The notes under the pieces are model-generated. The model saw nothing but the letters and a program-made list of their open reading frames with translations, was not told the DNA's origin and did not search any database. A DNA stretch of 64,000 nucleotides, taken from the NCBI GenBank assembly GCA_963716315.1, contig OY970301.1:3197327-3261326 (forward strand), written 5' to 3'. This stretch comes from an uncultured Solirubrobacteraceae bacterium. GTDB taxonomy: Bacteria; Actinomycetota; Thermoleophilia; Solirubrobacterales; Solirubrobacteraceae. Below, piece after piece: positions 10,071 through 19,972 of this stretch (position 1 is the first letter of the stretch; each line of letters starts with the position of its first letter). The position numbers and the translations under genes were made by a program.

Positions 10071-10362
10071 GGTCGAGGTGCGTGAAAGCGTGCGCCGGTA
10101 CATAGCCGAGCTTGTGGATAAGGACCCTGCCGCGATCGATCCTGCGATGACTTTGATGGGAAACCTCGCATTCGATTCCCTGCAGCTTTACGAGTTGGCG
10201 GCTCGGCTCGAGGACGAGCTGGGGATGCCAGCCCTTCCCGAAGAGGACGTCGCAAGCATCGAGACGGTCGGTGATGTCGAAGGCTGCGTGGTGGCGCTGC
10301 TGGCCAGAGATAGCGCGGCGGAGTCAGCCGATGGCGGCGCTGCTCACCGAGAATCTGTGTAG
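10063..10362 (+). CDS. Acyl carrier protein
   Basis: LAFDSLQLYEL phosphopantetheine motif, ETVGDV; GGAG SD before ATG 10063. Confidence 0.9.
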   Translation: MREVEVRESVRRYIAELVDKDPAAIDPAMTLMGNLAFDSLQLYELAARLEDELGMPALPEEDVASIETVGDVEGCVVALLARDSAAESADGGAAHRESV

Positions 10363-10508
10363 AGACGCTTCATCAACGCTTCGTCCAGCATCTAGACGTG
10401 TCCGCTCTTGCTAGGGCCACTTAGTCACGTTCGCGTTCATGGCAAGTCCTTTGACGGTTAACCGGGTTCTTGTAAGCGGGCCACCGTTGCGCCTAGCCTG
10501 ACGCCACG

Positions 10509-12254
10509 ATGAGCATGATCGACACACCAACGCAGACCTTTGGGGCGGTGTTGGCTCGCCGGGCCTCTGACGAACCAGACAAGCCGGTCTTCGTCTACCT
10601 CGACGACGGCGAGTCCGAAGAGGAAAAACTCAGCTACCTGCAGCTTCACCGTCGCGCCCAGCAGGTCGTCGCAGCGCTGCTCGACGTGTGTGCGCCGGGC
10701 GCCCGCGCTCTGATGCTGTTCGCCCCTGGCCTGGACTACGTGAGCGCCGTATACGGCGCCTTCCAGGCGGGTGTAGTCGGCGTCTCCGCACTACCACCAC
10801 AACCCAACCGGCTCAGCCGCACGCTTCCACGACTGATCGCGATAGCCGAGGACGCCGAAGTCGAGGTGGTGCTCACGACCGCCGCGATCCGCGAGGGCGT
10901 GCGCGGGCTTTTCGAGGACGGGCCCCTGGCCAGGGCGGCCTGGATCGCCGTGGACGACCTCCCAGAGCCCGCCAGCGAAGTTGGCGTGGTGCCACGCTCA
11001 ATGTCCGACCTCGCCTTCATGCAATACACCTCGGGCTCCACTCGCATGCCGCGAGGCGTGATGCTGACGCATGGCAACCTCGTCGACAACACGCTTTTCA
11101 TAGGCGAGGCGTTCGGCCACCAGCCCTCCAGCCTCGGGTTCAACTGGCTTCCGCCCTACCACGATATGGGCTTGATTGGCGGGGTCCTGCAGCCAGTTTT
11201 CTACGGGGGCGGACGTCCATCGGTGCTGATCTCGCCGCTGGCCTTCATCAAGCGCCCAGCGCGCTGGCTGCAAGGCATATCGCGCTACCGAGCGACGATC
11301 AGCGGCGGCCCGAACTTCGCATACGACCTGTGCGTCCAGCGGATCGATGAGAAGACTCGGGAGGAACTCGACCTGTCCTGCTGGGAGGTGGCGTTCAACG
11401 GGGCTGAGCCCATCCGCGCCGAGACGCTCGATGCTTTCACCAGAATGTTCGCCCCGTGTGGCTTTCGCCGCTCGGCGTTCCTAACTTGTTATGGGTTGGC
11501 CGAGGCCACGCTGATGGTCACAGGCATCGAGAAGCACTCAGAGCCAACCCACACCAGCTTCGATGCCGACGCCTTGGCCGAGGGCCGCGCGGAGCCCCCT
11601 CGCCCTGGGATGCGTGCCGTGACGCTGGTCGGCTGTGGCGAGCCAAACGATCGCCACGACGTCGCGATCGTAGATCCAGAAACGATGCGCCGTTGCCCGC
11701 CGGCACACGTAGGCGAGATCTGGGTATCCGGACCAAGCGTGGCAGGCGGCTATTGGCACCAACAGGAGGACGAGGACTGCTTCGACCAGCGCATTGTGGA
11801 TGAGGAGGAGCGCGAGGGGCCGGGTTACCTCCGGACAGGCGACTTCGGCGTGCTCCAGGATGGCCAGCTCTATGTGGTTGGTCGTCTGCGTGACCTGATC
11901 ATCGTCAACGGACGCAACCACCATCCCCATGACGTCGAGTTCAGCGGCGAGTCCGCACATGCGGCGCTGCGCCCCCATTGCAGCGCGGCCTTTGAACTCA
12001 CGCAGGGCGATCGACTGGCCCCAGGTCTGCTGATGGAGGTCGAACCCGACGGTGTGGAGGACTTCGATCAGCTGATGGCTGCGGTACGGGCTCAGGTGAT
12101 GGCGGACACCGGTCTGCAACTGCACTGGATCGGGCTGTGCGAGCCCCGCGTGGTCCCGAAGACGACGAGCGGAAAGGTGCAGCGCAGAGCCTCGGCCTCA
12201 ATGATCGAGCAGGGCGAGGTGACGCTGCTAGCCGAATCGTATCTGCATGGCTAA
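10509..12254 (+). CDS. Fatty acyl-AMP ligase (FAAL)
   Basis: FMQYTSGST, WLPPYHDMGLIG, NGAEPI, CYGLAEATL with FAAL insertion, RTGD, PKTTSGKVQR. Confidence 0.92.
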   Translation: MSMIDTPTQTFGAVLARRASDEPDKPVFVYLDDGESEEEKLSYLQLHRRAQQVVAALLDVCAPGARALMLFAPGLDYVSAVYGAFQAGVVGVSALPPQPNRLSRTLPRLIAIAEDAEVEVVLTTAAIREGVRGLFEDGPLARAAWIAVDDLPEPASEVGVVPRSMSDLAFMQYTSGSTRMPRGVMLTHGNLVDNTLFIGEAFGHQPSSLGFNWLPPYHDMGLIGGVLQPVFYGGGRPSVLISPLAFIKRPARWLQGISRYRATISGGPNFAYDLCVQRIDEKTREELDLSCWEVAFNGAEPIRAETLDAFTRMFAPCGFRRSAFLTCYGLAEATLMVTGIEKHSEPTHTSFDADALAEGRAEPPRPGMRAVTLVGCGEPNDRHDVAIVDPETMRRCPPAHVGEIWVSGPSVAGGYWHQQEDEDCFDQRIVDEEEREGPGYLRTGDFGVLQDGQLYVVGRLRDLIIVNGRNHHPHDVEFSGESAHAALRPHCSAAFELTQGDRLAPGLLMEVEPDGVEDFDQLMAAVRAQVMADTGLQLHWIGLCEPRVVPKTTSGKVQRRASASMIEQGEVTLLAESYLHG

Positions 12255-13065
12255 ACGTGCTCTTGGAAACATCCGCGCGCGACAGCGCTCCCGCCTGTGG
12301 CGAGTGCTGCCACTCGGCGCTGTGACACTCCTGGCAGCCCTCAGCTGGGTCGCTGCGGCCAGCGCCACGCCTACGGCCCGCTTCACCGCAAGGTTCACGC
12401 CCAACCACCTGGGCGCAGGCACGACGATCACATTGACGCTCCACGTCGGCGTGCGCGGGGGCGAAGAACGACAGCCGTTGAGGAGTCTCGACATCAAGTT
12501 TCCCGAGCATCTGGGCCTCGCATCTACGACACTTGGTCTGGTCAGTTGCGATCACAGCGCCCTGCTGGCGAGTGGACCGACGGCATGTCCCGCGAACTCG
12601 CGAGTGGGGGATGGCAGGATCGAACTGCAGGCGCCGCTTGGCTCAGAGCTCGTGCACGAGGACGTCGCGATCTCGATCTTCATGGGCGCGGCGGTCGACC
12701 GCCACAACGTATTCGAGTTCTACGCCAGCGGCTCCAACCCGATAATCGCTGACTTCCTTTTTGAAGGTGCGCTGCTCTCCACGGGCGCTCCCTTCGGATC
12801 CGACATGCAGACCCTCGTCCCCTCGACCGAACTCTTGCCTGGAGGCAACCCAGCCGCCATCGTGAGCATGCGGCTGGTCATCGGGCCGAAAAACCTCACT
12901 TACTACCGCACCGTCCACGGCAGGCGCGTGGGCTATCGGCCCGTCGGCATATCGGTGCCGGATATTTGTCCGCGCCGACGCCACAGCTTTCCGTTCCTGG
13001 CGCGACTCGCATTCGTCGACGGTAGCCATCTCGACGCCCCCGCCAATGTCCCGTGTAGGCGATAG
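12247..13065 (+). CDS. Secreted hypothetical protein
   Basis: Signal peptide, CPANSRVG motif like those of the large surface protein. Confidence 0.75.
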   Translation: MAKRALGNIRARQRSRLWRVLPLGAVTLLAALSWVAAASATPTARFTARFTPNHLGAGTTITLTLHVGVRGGEERQPLRSLDIKFPEHLGLASTTLGLVSCDHSALLASGPTACPANSRVGDGRIELQAPLGSELVHEDVAISIFMGAAVDRHNVFEFYASGSNPIIADFLFEGALLSTGAPFGSDMQTLVPSTELLPGGNPAAIVSMRLVIGPKNLTYYRTVHGRRVGYRPVGISVPDICPRRRHSFPFLARLAFVDGSHLDAPANVPCRR

Positions 13066-13119
13066 ACACATCTCATACAAAGCATTTGGATCGAGTTCGT
13101 AATCTGGGATGATCCCAGC

Positions 13120-13635
13120 ATGGCTAAATACAACATCCCTACACGCAAGGCCGTGGCCGCACGGCCCACCGCTCGAGGCAGGCGCAGCAGCAGATTGCCC
13201 ATCAGGCTGGGCTGCCTTTCATTGGCGGCAGCGGCGCTGCTGTTGTCATCGGTAACCGTCGCACAGGCGCGCACGGTCGCGGTGTCCTCCAGCGGCACCC
13301 TGAAATTCACTAAAACGCACGGGAGCCTGATCGAAGCGGCTGGTTCGATCTCGGGAACGCTTGCGGGGTCGCTGAGCGTTCACATCTCCTTCAACTCCAA
13401 CTCCCGCATGACAGCGACGTTCAGCGGAAGCCTGCATGGAGGCAAGCTCTCCGGCCGAGTAAGTGGCGAATACTATCCGTCAGGTAGTACGACGATCTAC
13501 GAAGGCTCCGCGACTGTATCGAGCGGCAGCGGATCCTACGCTCACGCGCGTGCGGTCGGCGTTCGCGTGACTGGCACGGTGAACCGCTCGCGGCGCATCG
13601 TCACGATCCGTCTCACTGGCCACTTGGACGAGTGA
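13120..13635 (+). CDS. Secreted small beta-rich protein
   Basis: Signal peptide ending AQA, Gly/Ser-rich strands, GSGSYAHA motif. Confidence 0.7.
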   Translation: MAKYNIPTRKAVAARPTARGRRSSRLPIRLGCLSLAAAALLLSSVTVAQARTVAVSSSGTLKFTKTHGSLIEAAGSISGTLAGSLSVHISFNSNSRMTATFSGSLHGGKLSGRVSGEYYPSGSTTIYEGSATVSSGSGSYAHARAVGVRVTGTVNRSRRIVTIRLTGHLDE

Positions 13636-13939
13636 GCGACCAGCAGATCTACCCGTGGCGCAACAGCTTTGGTCCAGGCGAGGACCACGAGCTGATCAAC
13701 GCGAACCAGTTCGGCGCGAAGATGCGCACGCCCAAGCAGCGTCAGCGACACGCGGACTTGATGATCATGTTGAGCTGGTCGAGCCGGGAGCGCTGGTCTT
13801 GCCCTATCTGGGCGCGCAAACACGGTGCGTCTCCTGCCGCCGATCGCTCACGACCGATGAGCAGCTCGACCAGGCCTTCGACTTCGCCCTCCTGAAAGTG
13901 GGCGAATACTTGCCAGAGCGACTCCTGGGTGGGGCATGA
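13632..13939 (+). pseudogene. Decayed class III aminotransferase relic
   Basis: Across three frames: RGL..LMI..VELVE, NTVRLLPP, LTTDEQLDQAFD, matching the C-terminal signature; start and stop overlap the neighbouring genes. Confidence 0.5.
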
Positions 13940-16083
13940 GCGCGGCAATTGAGTTCATTTTGGGCCGCCCGCGTCTGGTGGTGGCCGCCTGGCTGGTACT
14001 GCTGGTGGCCGCTGCGATCCCTGCAAGCGGCTTGGGCCAGCGGGTCGGCAACGGCGGCTACGAAGTTCCAGGCTCACAATCTCAGCGAACTGCGCAGCTT
14101 GTATCTGGCAGCTTCCCAGCGCAGAGCGGACAGCCGTTCGGTGCGGTCTTCACGAGCTCGAGCCCAGACGCTGCGGGTCTTCGCGCTCGTGCCCGGGCGC
14201 TTGTCAGCATGCTGAGGCACAAGCACGAAATCGGATCGGTCGGCTCCTTTTACGTCAGTGCCAAGCGCAGGATGGCCGTGCAGACCTTCTACTTCTCTGG
14301 CAGCTTCGCCGACGCTCAGAAGGCGGTTCCCTCACTTGAGCGCTGGCTGCACAAGACGGCGGGCGCAGATGTCCAGCTGGTGGGCAACGCCGCGACATGG
14401 CACGAGTCCAGCTCGCTGGCAAGACGAAATCTCTCACGGGCCGAGCACCTGACGATCCCGATCACGCTCGTGATCCTGCTCGTTGCATTCCTGTCGATCG
14501 GCGCGGCGTTGGTCCCGGTTGGCTTGGCTGTCGTCGTGTTGGTGATCGCTTTCGCGGGCCTTGGATTGCTCTCCTACCTGATGAACATGAGCGTGTATGT
14601 AACGAACACGGCGCAGCTGCTCGGCCTCGGCCTGTCGATCGACTACTCGCTCTTCATCGTTACGCGCTACCGGGAGAATCGTCGTCGCGGATTGGATGTC
14701 GAGGCTGCGCTGAGGCGCACGCTGCACACAACTGGCAGAGCGATACTGATCTCAGGGATCACCGTCAGCCTGGGGCTGGCGAGCATCGCGGTGCTTGGCG
14801 TCGGGGTGTTCACCTCGATGGCGTTCGGCGCGATCTTCGCAGCGGCGCTTGCGGCGCTTGGGGCTCTGACTCTGGTTCCCGCGGTGCTGATGATGCTCGG
14901 CGCTCGCATCGACCGCTTTGCACTCAAGCCGGCGATGAAGGCCTCTCAGCGCGGCACGCTGTGGGGGTGGATGGGCGTGCTCGTCACGCGGTGGCGCTGG
15001 CTGGTGCTCGCGACCACGACACTTCTACTCATAGCCTGCGCGCTACCGCTGCTTGGCAACCGGCTGATGTTCCCTGGAGTGGACGGGCTTCTGCCGCCCT
15101 CCGATGCTCAACGTCAGGCTAGCGACGCTGTGATGAGGGAATTCGGCAATGGCGTGATCGCGCCAATCGTCGTCATGACGCGCACGACGCAGGCGCAGCG
15201 CATTGAAGAAGCCGCACTAAGCGTGCATGGCGTCATAAACGTGGCCCCCGCGGAAGCGGGTCGGCATGGTTGGTCGCGCCTGTTCGTTGTGTCCGGGGCG
15301 CCGGCTGGCAGTCAGGCGGCTAACGAGACAGTGCGACGACTGCGCCGCTTGCTCGCCCCCTCGGTCGCGCGTGGGAGCGCCTACGTCGGTGGCGAAGCTG
15401 CGCTGGGGGTAGATTTGATCGCGCGCGTACGAGAACGCTTCCTAGTGATGGTGGGGGTTGCCGCGCTACTTGCATTCGTGCTGCTGCTGATCACGCTGCG
15501 CTCGCTCGTTGTTCCATTGAAGGCGGTGCTCACCAATCTGTTGTCAGTCGCCGCGACGCTTGGCCTTGTGACCGTCATTTTCGAGCGTCTTGGCGGCGAC
15601 CCCGGACTGTCCTGGTTCGTGCCGCCGTTCTTGTTCGCGGTGGTCTTTGGAATCTCGATGGACTACGAGATCTTCCTGCTCTCCCGGGTGCGCGAGGAGT
15701 ATGAGCGCTGCCGTACTGTGAACGAGTCGGGCGGACCCGCACCCAACGATCTTGCTGTGACGCGGGCGCTCGAGCTGAGCGGACGCTCGATCACACTTGC
15801 GGCGCTGCTGATAATGCTGGTCTTCCTGACCTCGGCGAATACCTCGCAAGTGAGTTTTCGGCAGCTTGGCGTCGGCATGGCAATCGCCGTGTTCCTCGAC
15901 GCGACGATTGTGCGTTGCGGCCTCGTGCCAGCAGCGCTGGCAGTGCTGGGCGAGCGCAACTGGTGGCTACCACATTGGCTATCGGCACGGCTTTCCTGGA
16001 CGGCGGCGGCGCGGGCCAGCGAGGAGCCGAGCGCACCCGGCCGACCGGGCGAGCCTCACGGAGATTTGACCATGGTCCCTTAG
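13936..16083 (+). CDS. MMPL-family (RND) lipid transporter
   Basis: GLGLSIDYSLFIVTRYRE, FGISMDYEIFLLSRVREE, LDATIVR...PA, NWWLP. Confidence 0.92.
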   Translation: MSAAIEFILGRPRLVVAAWLVLLVAAAIPASGLGQRVGNGGYEVPGSQSQRTAQLVSGSFPAQSGQPFGAVFTSSSPDAAGLRARARALVSMLRHKHEIGSVGSFYVSAKRRMAVQTFYFSGSFADAQKAVPSLERWLHKTAGADVQLVGNAATWHESSSLARRNLSRAEHLTIPITLVILLVAFLSIGAALVPVGLAVVVLVIAFAGLGLLSYLMNMSVYVTNTAQLLGLGLSIDYSLFIVTRYRENRRRGLDVEAALRRTLHTTGRAILISGITVSLGLASIAVLGVGVFTSMAFGAIFAAALAALGALTLVPAVLMMLGARIDRFALKPAMKASQRGTLWGWMGVLVTRWRWLVLATTTLLLIACALPLLGNRLMFPGVDGLLPPSDAQRQASDAVMREFGNGVIAPIVVMTRTTQAQRIEEAALSVHGVINVAPAEAGRHGWSRLFVVSGAPAGSQAANETVRRLRRLLAPSVARGSAYVGGEAALGVDLIARVRERFLVMVGVAALLAFVLLLITLRSLVVPLKAVLTNLLSVAATLGLVTVIFERLGGDPGLSWFVPPFLFAVVFGISMDYEIFLLSRVREEYERCRTVNESGGPAPNDLAVTRALELSGRSITLAALLIMLVFLTSANTSQVSFRQLGVGMAIAVFLDATIVRCGLVPAALAVLGERNWWLPHWLSARLSWTAAARASEEPSAPGRPGEPHGDLTMVP

Positions 16084-16166
16084 CCGCTTAGCCTGCAACT
16101 GCAAGCTCGGACCACCTCTCAGGTTGGCAGAAGACCCAAGTCGGAAGGCTGAGCAGCAGGGACACC

Positions 16167-17483
16167 ATGGCGGGGCACGCTCAAACACCTGATACCAGGA
16201 CTCTGCCACTCTCGATTTATCAGCGCCCTTATTGGCTGAAATCGACCGAAAACCCGACCAGCAGTGCGTTCAGTGCGTCGGTCGTCTTCGAGATCTCAGG
16301 GCCGCTGGATAGAGAGGCCCTTAAGCAGGCGTTTCACTTCGTCACTCAAAAGCACGACATCACGCACGCGACATTCAATGCGGATGGGTCAGCGCAATAC
16401 TACACCGCGTTCGACATAGATGACTTCATGGTAGAGCGCGCCTGTGCGACAGGGGTCGACATCCAAGCTGAACTGAGCACTATTCTCAATGAGCCATTTG
16501 ATCTGGCGGTCGGCCCACTGCTGAGAGTCTGCCTACTGACCACCTCTGAGGACACGGCCTATCTGATCGTCACGACCCACCACGTCATCGCCGATGGGCC
16601 CACTGCAAGGATCATGACCGCTGACGTGGCTTTGGCCTATCTAGCAATCTGTAGCGACCCGAGCACTCTAGAGCCACAGCATTACTCATACTCGGCGTGC
16701 ATCGATGCGCTGCGCGCCTTGCGGACTCCGGAAAAGCAACGCGCCGCTCAAGAGTTCTGGAGAGCCTTTCTGAGAGGCACTCCCCCTGCCATTGCCTTTC
16801 CACAAAAAAGAGACGCTGTGGCTCGCGGCCATTCTGTGGAGTCGGTGTTCTTTGAGCTCGACGAGGCCACAACGCAATCCCTGCGCGCATTCGCTCATGA
16901 AAACAGGACGACACTATTCATTGTCCTGTTTGCCCTCTATGGCTTGCTGCTATCGCGCTATGCACGCCAGGACGAAGTAGTAATCAGCTATCCGGTGGAC
17001 ATGCGTCCAGCGGACCATGCGCATGTGTTTGGCTGCTTTACAAATCGCATACTACTCAAGGTAGTAATCGACAGAGATACCACTTTTAGGACTCTCGTCG
17101 CACAGGTGACACGACAAAGGCGGGAAGTAAGACCACATCAGCCCTACTCGCTCCAGGCCGAGCTAGGTCTGGATGTCAAGAGCTATTTTGATGTGTTCTT
17201 CGGTGAGACTCATCTGAGGGGTGGTGGGTCGCTGGAGGTTAATGGCGTCAGCATCAAGCCGCTCGACATTCCCTGGAGCGAGGAGTCCGATCGGATTCTA
17301 CGACTCCTTTATGAGGCCGGTGGCCACGCGACAGTCAAGCTGCGCATGGATTTCCGCTCAGGACTATACGATCCTGCAGTGATCGCGCGTTTTATCGATG
17401 ACTTCAAAGCATGCTCGAGCACGCTCGCTCCTGATCAGTGCCTGCTCTCTGAGAGTGGCGAAGCTTCCGCTCGCCACGGGTGA
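16167..17483 (+). CDS. Stand-alone NRPS condensation domain
   Basis: HHVIADG active site, PFDLAVGPLLR, FGCFTN; no A or T domain. Confidence 0.88.
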   Translation: MAGHAQTPDTRTLPLSIYQRPYWLKSTENPTSSAFSASVVFEISGPLDREALKQAFHFVTQKHDITHATFNADGSAQYYTAFDIDDFMVERACATGVDIQAELSTILNEPFDLAVGPLLRVCLLTTSEDTAYLIVTTHHVIADGPTARIMTADVALAYLAICSDPSTLEPQHYSYSACIDALRALRTPEKQRAAQEFWRAFLRGTPPAIAFPQKRDAVARGHSVESVFFELDEATTQSLRAFAHENRTTLFIVLFALYGLLLSRYARQDEVVISYPVDMRPADHAHVFGCFTNRILLKVVIDRDTTFRTLVAQVTRQRREVRPHQPYSLQAELGLDVKSYFDVFFGETHLRGGGSLEVNGVSIKPLDIPWSEESDRILRLLYEAGGHATVKLRMDFRSGLYDPAVIARFIDDFKACSSTLAPDQCLLSESGEASARHG

Positions 17484-17713
17484 TCCTCGGTCGTGACCGC
17501 CGGTTCGTGGCGCTGCGTGGAGCGGTGCTGACCGACATATCGGCTGACCGATGACGGGCCACCAATTTTCGCTGGCATGAGAACGCGTGCGGTCTTCGAG
17601 TGTCTGGTGCTGCGCCGTACGTCGATGTCAGGTCGCCTTCGGCGTCGCCGGCGGCCATTGTCTCTCCCCGGCGAGTTCTGCCTGAGGACGAGCAGGGCAC
17701 CGTCCTGCATGAT

Positions 17714-18697
17714 CTAGCCATTGACCACGCCATAGCGATCGGGCAGAAGGTGATCCTCGAATGGCTCCAGCGAATAGAGCGTGTGCGTCTTCATCAGCCA
17801 CCGTTGCCGCATCGAGTCCATATCGTGGATCTCATGCACCTCTCTACCGTGAATGAGGTGATCGTTGGAGAACGCCACCATCTCGCCGGGCCGCGGGACA
17901 TAGACAATCTTGTGGTCGTGTAGCGCTTGAACACTCCGTGCGAGCGCCTCCTGTGCCTCAGCATCGAGGCCGACCGTGCGCCCCTCGTACACACGTACAT
18001 CCGAGTCCCCGCCCACAACGGCGTGATTCGGTGCGACTCCATGTGTGTCGCCCGAGTGTCTAGAGATGTCGTCGAAGGGAGTGCGGAACCGCTCTTCACG
18101 CAAGACATCGAGCGTCGCCTCATCGAGGCCACGGATAACGTCACGATTTACGGCGTAAGTCGAATACACCGCGTTCTTTGGTGTGTCGCGAAGCACTATT
18201 GTGTTCACGAAGTCCGGGGAGACGAGGTGGCTCGAGAAGTCGCGATGGAAGCGGAGCGTCTTGAGCGTCTTCTGCGACTGGCTGTCGAACATCGACTCCT
18301 TCGGATAGATATCGTGGAAGAAGTCGCCGCCGTTCACACTTGCGTACGCGAAGGTCTCGGTCCCCGAGAGAATCGCATGGCAAGTAAGGAACGCCTCCGT
18401 GGCGAACGTGCGCTTGCTGGCATGCTTGGAGGCCACGGGATCGGCGTTATCGAATACCGGCAACTCCCGGTCGATTGGGCAGTTCCTGACCAAGATGATC
18501 GGGTTTTCAGCCCAATCGCGCTCTTTCAGCTCGTCGCAGAAGGCGGCATAACGCCAGTCGTCACGATGGGCCCCCACCAGCCGTCGAAGCCACTCCAAGA
18601 AGCTCGGGTAGTCATCATACGGGCTCACGGGCGCGTGCAAGAAGCCTTCGTAGAGTTGATCTCTCTCGCTATCGGTGAATACGAAATCAGGACGCAT
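17714..18697 (-). CDS. TauD/clavaminate-synthase-like Fe(II)/2-oxoglutarate dioxygenase
   Basis: LRFHRDF (HxD), FSNDHLIHGR, RWLMK; TAGGAG SD upstream. Confidence 0.88.
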   Translation of the reverse strand: MRPDFVFTDSERDQLYEGFLHAPVSPYDDYPSFLEWLRRLVGAHRDDWRYAAFCDELKERDWAENPIILVRNCPIDRELPVFDNADPVASKHASKRTFATEAFLTCHAILSGTETFAYASVNGGDFFHDIYPKESMFDSQSQKTLKTLRFHRDFSSHLVSPDFVNTIVLRDTPKNAVYSTYAVNRDVIRGLDEATLDVLREERFRTPFDDISRHSGDTHGVAPNHAVVGGDSDVRVYEGRTVGLDAEAQEALARSVQALHDHKIVYVPRPGEMVAFSNDHLIHGREVHEIHDMDSMRQRWLMKTHTLYSLEPFEDHLLPDRYGVVNG

Positions 18698-19114
18698 CGC
18701 TCGGTCTCCTATGTAGGGTCACTCGGGGCTGACAGGCTTTGTCAGACTGCTTGCTTCTGCTTGACTCCGCGTGACGATGAAGGAGGCGGGCACATGTCGC
18801 AAAACCACCACAACGGCGCCTAGCGATACGGATGGTCGACCGGCCGCTACGAGCGTCCCGAGGAGTCTTACGGGTTCGAGCTGTCTGGGTGCATACCAAG
18901 CGGGGCACGATGAGCGCCCGACCAGCTTCTGTTACAAGCGTCTGCATCAGCTGGCGTACTTCGAGGGTCAAGACGCGGGCGGGGGACGAGACGGCATTCG
19001 TTCCCTACAACGCCGCTCTTGGCGCGACCCGCAGAGCCGCTGTCCTCCGAGGTGCCTCGCGCGCAGGCAGCGAGCGCAAGCCCTGGCCGCAGCGATAGCG
19101 CGCTGCGAGCTGTG

Positions 19115-19912
19115 ATGAGCAGCGAGCCCGGGTGGGCCGTGGTGCGTACTGCCGCCGCAGCGGCGCGCCATCTGGTGGGCGAACCCATGAGGTCCGCCTA
19201 CGCGATTGGGAGTCTCGCCCACGGCGGTTTCGCTCCAGCGGTCAGCGACGTCGACCTCGCGCTGTTGACTGAGGGTCCGCTCGACGCCGAGGCGGTCAGT
19301 CGCATCGCCGGGGCCACTGAGGGCGAGCTGCAAATGGAGCTGTCGCGCAGGCTCTCGATCTTCCATGTGCCCTGGCAAGCGTTCGCGGCGCCACCCTGCG
19401 GATCGCGCTTCCCTGCAATCGACCGGCTCGACTTGCTCCGCTTCGGCGTGCTGGTCGACGGCCCCGAGATCCGGGCAACGCTGCCCGTACCACCGCGCGC
19501 GGAGGTGGTCGAGGAGGCTGTGCGGTTCGCGGCCGAACAACTGAGAGCTGAGACGACCGAAGCGGCGATGTGTGACACGGATCCCGGAGTGGGGCGACTG
19601 CGCAAGACCACGAAGCTGGCTCTCCTCCCAGTCAGGCTGTTGTTCGTCGCCGAGACCGGGGAGATCGGCGGCAATGACGATGCAGTCGGCCACTACCGGC
19701 GGGTCATGGGAGCGTCACGGCTTGAACTTGTCGATCAAGCGCTCCAATGGCGAAAAGACGGATCGATCACCGACTGGGATTCAGCACAGAGGCTCCTGAG
19801 CTCCGAGTTGCTGGTGCTGCGTCGGCAGGTTCTCGGACGGCTGTGCTCAATGTCTGAGCTCCCCGCTCGCCATGTGCTGGAGTCGCTCGCCAGAGATTTT
19901 GGGCGCCTGTGA
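19115..19912 (+). CDS. Nucleotidyltransferase (pol-beta fold) domain protein
   Basis: GSLAHGGF...SDVDL motif; ATG 19115 preferred start. Confidence 0.75.
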   Translation: MSSEPGWAVVRTAAAAARHLVGEPMRSAYAIGSLAHGGFAPAVSDVDLALLTEGPLDAEAVSRIAGATEGELQMELSRRLSIFHVPWQAFAAPPCGSRFPAIDRLDLLRFGVLVDGPEIRATLPVPPRAEVVEEAVRFAAEQLRAETTEAAMCDTDPGVGRLRKTTKLALLPVRLLFVAETGEIGGNDDAVGHYRRVMGASRLELVDQALQWRKDGSITDWDSAQRLLSSELLVLRRQVLGRLCSMSELPARHVLESLARDFGRL

Positions 19913-19972
19913 CGCGCTTGTTACTGTCGCTGGCCTGAGTGTCCCTGGCCCTTTAGAGAGGCTGCTTTCATC

